From an uncultured Acidobacteriota bacterium (GTDB lineage Bacteria > Acidobacteriota > Vicinamibacteria > Vicinamibacterales > UBA2999), in assembly GCA_963751025.1 (NCBI GenBank), contig CAVVTC010000010.1, positions 74,121 to 138,120 on the forward strand: DNA of 64,000 bases, read 5' to 3'. A program made the translations under genes and the position numbers. The notes under the pieces were generated by a model. It ran no database searches and had not been told where the DNA came from. It worked only from the letters and a program-made list of their open reading frames with translations. This document shows positions 62,241 through 64,000 of the stretch, piece by piece (positions within the stretch are counted from its first letter, which is position 1; each line of letters opens with the position of its first letter).

Positions 62241-64000
62241 ATGGCCTCCCTCGGCTACTACCTGCTGCTTGCGGCATTCGTCGTCTGTGCGTATGCCGCT
62301 GCGATTTCGGTGGGTGGTGCCAGGCGCCGCTCGCGCGCGCTGACCGAAAGCGGAATCGGCGCCTTCTACCTCGTCACCGCGATCATGGCGGCCGCGTCGG
62401 CCGTGATCGTCTACACCTTCGTCACCGGTGACTACTCGATCAAATACGTCCAGCGCTACTCGGACTCGGCGCAGCCACTCTTCTACAAGCTGACGTCGTA
62501 CTGGGGCGGGCTCGACGGCTCGATCATGTTCTGGGTGTCGCTGCTGTCGGCGTTCGGCTCGACGGCGGTGTATGTCAATCGCGAGCGGCATCGCGAGCTC
62601 ATTCCCTACGTCGTGGCGGTCATTTCAGTGGTGCAGATGTTCTTTCTGTTCCTGATGATCGTGCACAACAACCCGTTTTCGACCTTCCTGACGCAGAACC
62701 CGACCGACGGCACGGGGCTCAATCCGCTGCTGCAGAACTTCTACATGGTGATTCACCCGCCGACGATGTATCTCGGCTTCGTCGGGCTCACCATCCCGTA
62801 CGCGTTCGGCATGGCCGCGCTGATCACCGGTCATCTCGACGACTCGTGGCTGCGCGCCGTGCGCCGCTGGACGATGATCTCGTGGCTGTTTCTGTCGGTG
62901 GGTCTCGGCCTGGGGATGATCTGGGCGTACGAGGAGCTCGGGTGGGGCGGCTACTGGATGTGGGATCCGGTTGAAAACGCCGGGCTGCTCCCGTGGTTCA
63001 CGGCCACCGCGTTTCTCCACTCGGTGATGGTCCAGGAACGGCGCGGGATGTTGCGCGTCTGGAACGTGTCGCTCGTGATTACGACGTTCTTCCTGACGCT
63101 CTTCGGCACGTTCATGACGCGCTCGGGCGTGGTGCAGTCCATTCACGCGTTCGGCGAGGATCCCGAGCTGGCCCGCCTCTTCACCATCTTCATGGTGACA
63201 ACGCTGGTATTCAGCTTCGGCTTCGTGATCTACCGGCTGCCGCTGCTGAAGGCTCGGAACGAGCTGGATTCGTGGGTGTCGAAGGAAGCCGCGTTCCTGG
63301 TGAACAACTGGATCCTGCTGTTCTGCGCGTTCTTCGTGCTGTTCGCCACGATGTTCCCGACGTTGACCGAGGCGGTCACCAATCAGCGCATCACGGTCAG
63401 CGCGCCGTTCTTCAATCGCTGGCTGGTGCCGATTGGACTGGTCCTCCTGCTCCTCACCGGCGTCGGCCCGCTGCTGGCGTGGCGCAAGTCCACGCTGACG
63501 AACCTGCGCGAGGAGTTCCTGTTCTCGACGGTGAGCGGCCTGGCGATCGGCGGTCTCGTCATCGCCCTTGGCGTGCCGTTCTGGAGCTCAGGCCTCTGCT
63601 TCGGGTTCGCGGGATTCGTGATGGGCACCATCATCCAGGAGTTCTGGCGGGGCGCGAGGGTTCGTCAGGAGACCACAGGCACCGATGTATTCACGGCGTT
63701 GATTGGCCTCGTCGGCCGCAACAAGCGTCGCTACGGCGGCTACATCGTCCACGTCGGCATCGTCCTGCTGGCCCTGGGCTTTGCCGGCAGCGGCTTCAAG
63801 CAGATCGAGACCGTCTCGCTCAAGCAGGCTCAGTCGGTGACCGTCGGTGACTACACCGTCCGCTTCGATGGGCTCAAGGTCACCGACGACGGCCGGAAGC
63901 AGATGATCACGGGCACGATGACCGTGCTGAAGGACGGCGCTGAGCTGACGAAGATGTATCCGGCACGCTGGTTCTTCCGGAAGCACGAGAACGATCCGAC
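62241..64000 (+). CDS. ccmF: Cytochrome c-type biogenesis protein CcmF (haem lyase). The 3' end lies beyond the window.
   Basis: It is not in the ORF track because no stop is reached. My translation from ATG 62241 reads MASLGYYLLLAAFVVCAYA..DYSIKYV..YKLTSYWGGLDGSIMFW..WGGYWMWDPVENAGLLPWF (WWD motif)..TRSGVVQSIHAFG... It stays in one frame to 64000. Confidence 0.9.
   Translation, partial: MASLGYYLLLAAFVVCAYAAAISVGGARRRSRALTESGIGAFYLVTAIMAAASAVIVYTFVTGDYSIKYVQRYSDSAQPLFYKLTSYWGGLDGSIMFWVSLLSAFGSTAVYVNRERHRELIPYVVAVISVVQMFFLFLMIVHNNPFSTFLTQNPTDGTGLNPLLQNFYMVIHPPTMYLGFVGLTIPYAFGMAALITGHLDDSWLRAVRRWTMISWLFLSVGLGLGMIWAYEELGWGGYWMWDPVENAGLLPWFTATAFLHSVMVQERRGMLRVWNVSLVITTFFLTLFGTFMTRSGVVQSIHAFGEDPELARLFTIFMVTTLVFSFGFVIYRLPLLKARNELDSWVSKEAAFLVNNWILLFCAFFVLFATMFPTLTEAVTNQRITVSAPFFNRWLVPIGLVLLLLTGVGPLLAWRKSTLTNLREEFLFSTVSGLAIGGLVIALGVPFWSSGLCFGFAGFVMGTIIQEFWRGARVRQETTGTDVFTALIGLVGRNKRRYGGYIVHVGIVLLALGFAGSGFKQIETVSLKQAQSVTVGDYTVRFDGLKVTDDGRKQMITGTMTVLKDGAELTKMYPARWFFRKHENDP

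Noticed and set aside
62625-63850. ORFs 62625..63146 (-) and 62993..63850 (+).
   Set aside because: They lie inside ccmF. The ccmF frame is absent from the track only because it has no stop within the window, and it carries the WGGYWMWDPVEN motif.
1-64000. CRISPR arrays, tRNA genes and rRNA genes.
   Set aside because: I saw no regularly spaced direct repeats, no T-loop/acceptor-type tRNA signatures such as GGTTCGAATCC, and no rRNA-like stretches while reading the sequence. A tRNAscan or CRISPR finder would be needed for certainty.

Overview
The window reads as two genomic contexts joined near 48.3 kb. No homology search was possible, so every family call below comes from reading motifs in the translations. 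No rRNA, tRNA or CRISPR array was recognised.

Part A (1..~48,300, mid GC and heterogeneous):
- It opens with nested IS debris. An IS5-type DDE transposase remnant sits next to an intact TnpB-only IS200/IS605 element, which cuts a PPOX-class flavoprotein gene.
- Next come an SDR gene, an MFS transporter gene split by a 185-bp insert with 17-bp direct repeats, panC, and a phnDCE-like ABC transporter.
- A large iron-related region follows, carrying three Fur-box-like sites and one Fur-family-like palindrome.
  - One cluster is XRE regulator, imelysin, di-haem DUF1111, imelysin and HTTM, followed by a bacterioferritin-like gene.
  - The other is a ~16 kb co-directional minus-strand array: delta-60 beta-propeller, FAD oxidoreductase, two P19/FetP-like proteins, B12-radical SAM, a second FAD oxidoreductase, two DUF2723-type GT-C membrane proteins, porin, FMN-binding protein, ApbE, a 4-TM protein and a lipoprotein.
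- Part A ends with housekeeping and accessory genes: a homocysteine methyltransferase/MTHFR fusion, TauE, CMD, PAC2, a quinone oxidoreductase, GT2, an isochorismatase-like hydrolase, D-aminoacylase, a ferritin-like di-iron protein, a cytosolic PhnD-fold protein, ACAD, DJ-1/PfpI and enoyl-CoA hydratase.

Part B (~48,300..64,000, visibly GC-rich):
- recA, thiolase, an ECF sigma/anti-sigma pair, a long transketolase-family enzyme and DUF721.
- A metallophosphoesterase and a secreted protein with a kinase-like motif.
- A ~1,220-aa fusion of a TLC-type transporter, HEAT repeats and two cNMP-binding domains.
- maf, a CXXXY-type ccmE, and ccmF running off the window end.

Two points affect how everything else should be read:
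- Dozens of genes are split across frames, and the frame breaks are very unevenly distributed. This could be indel error or real gene decay.
- Genes are truncated on both sides of the 48.3 kb junction. This could be an assembly chimera or a true breakpoint.

The most promising candidate for an undescribed system is the Fur-box-headed minus-strand array at 15.7-31.9 kb. It contains P19-like proteins but no recognisable Ftr1/FetM permease, and it includes an ApbE/FMN-binding envelope module.
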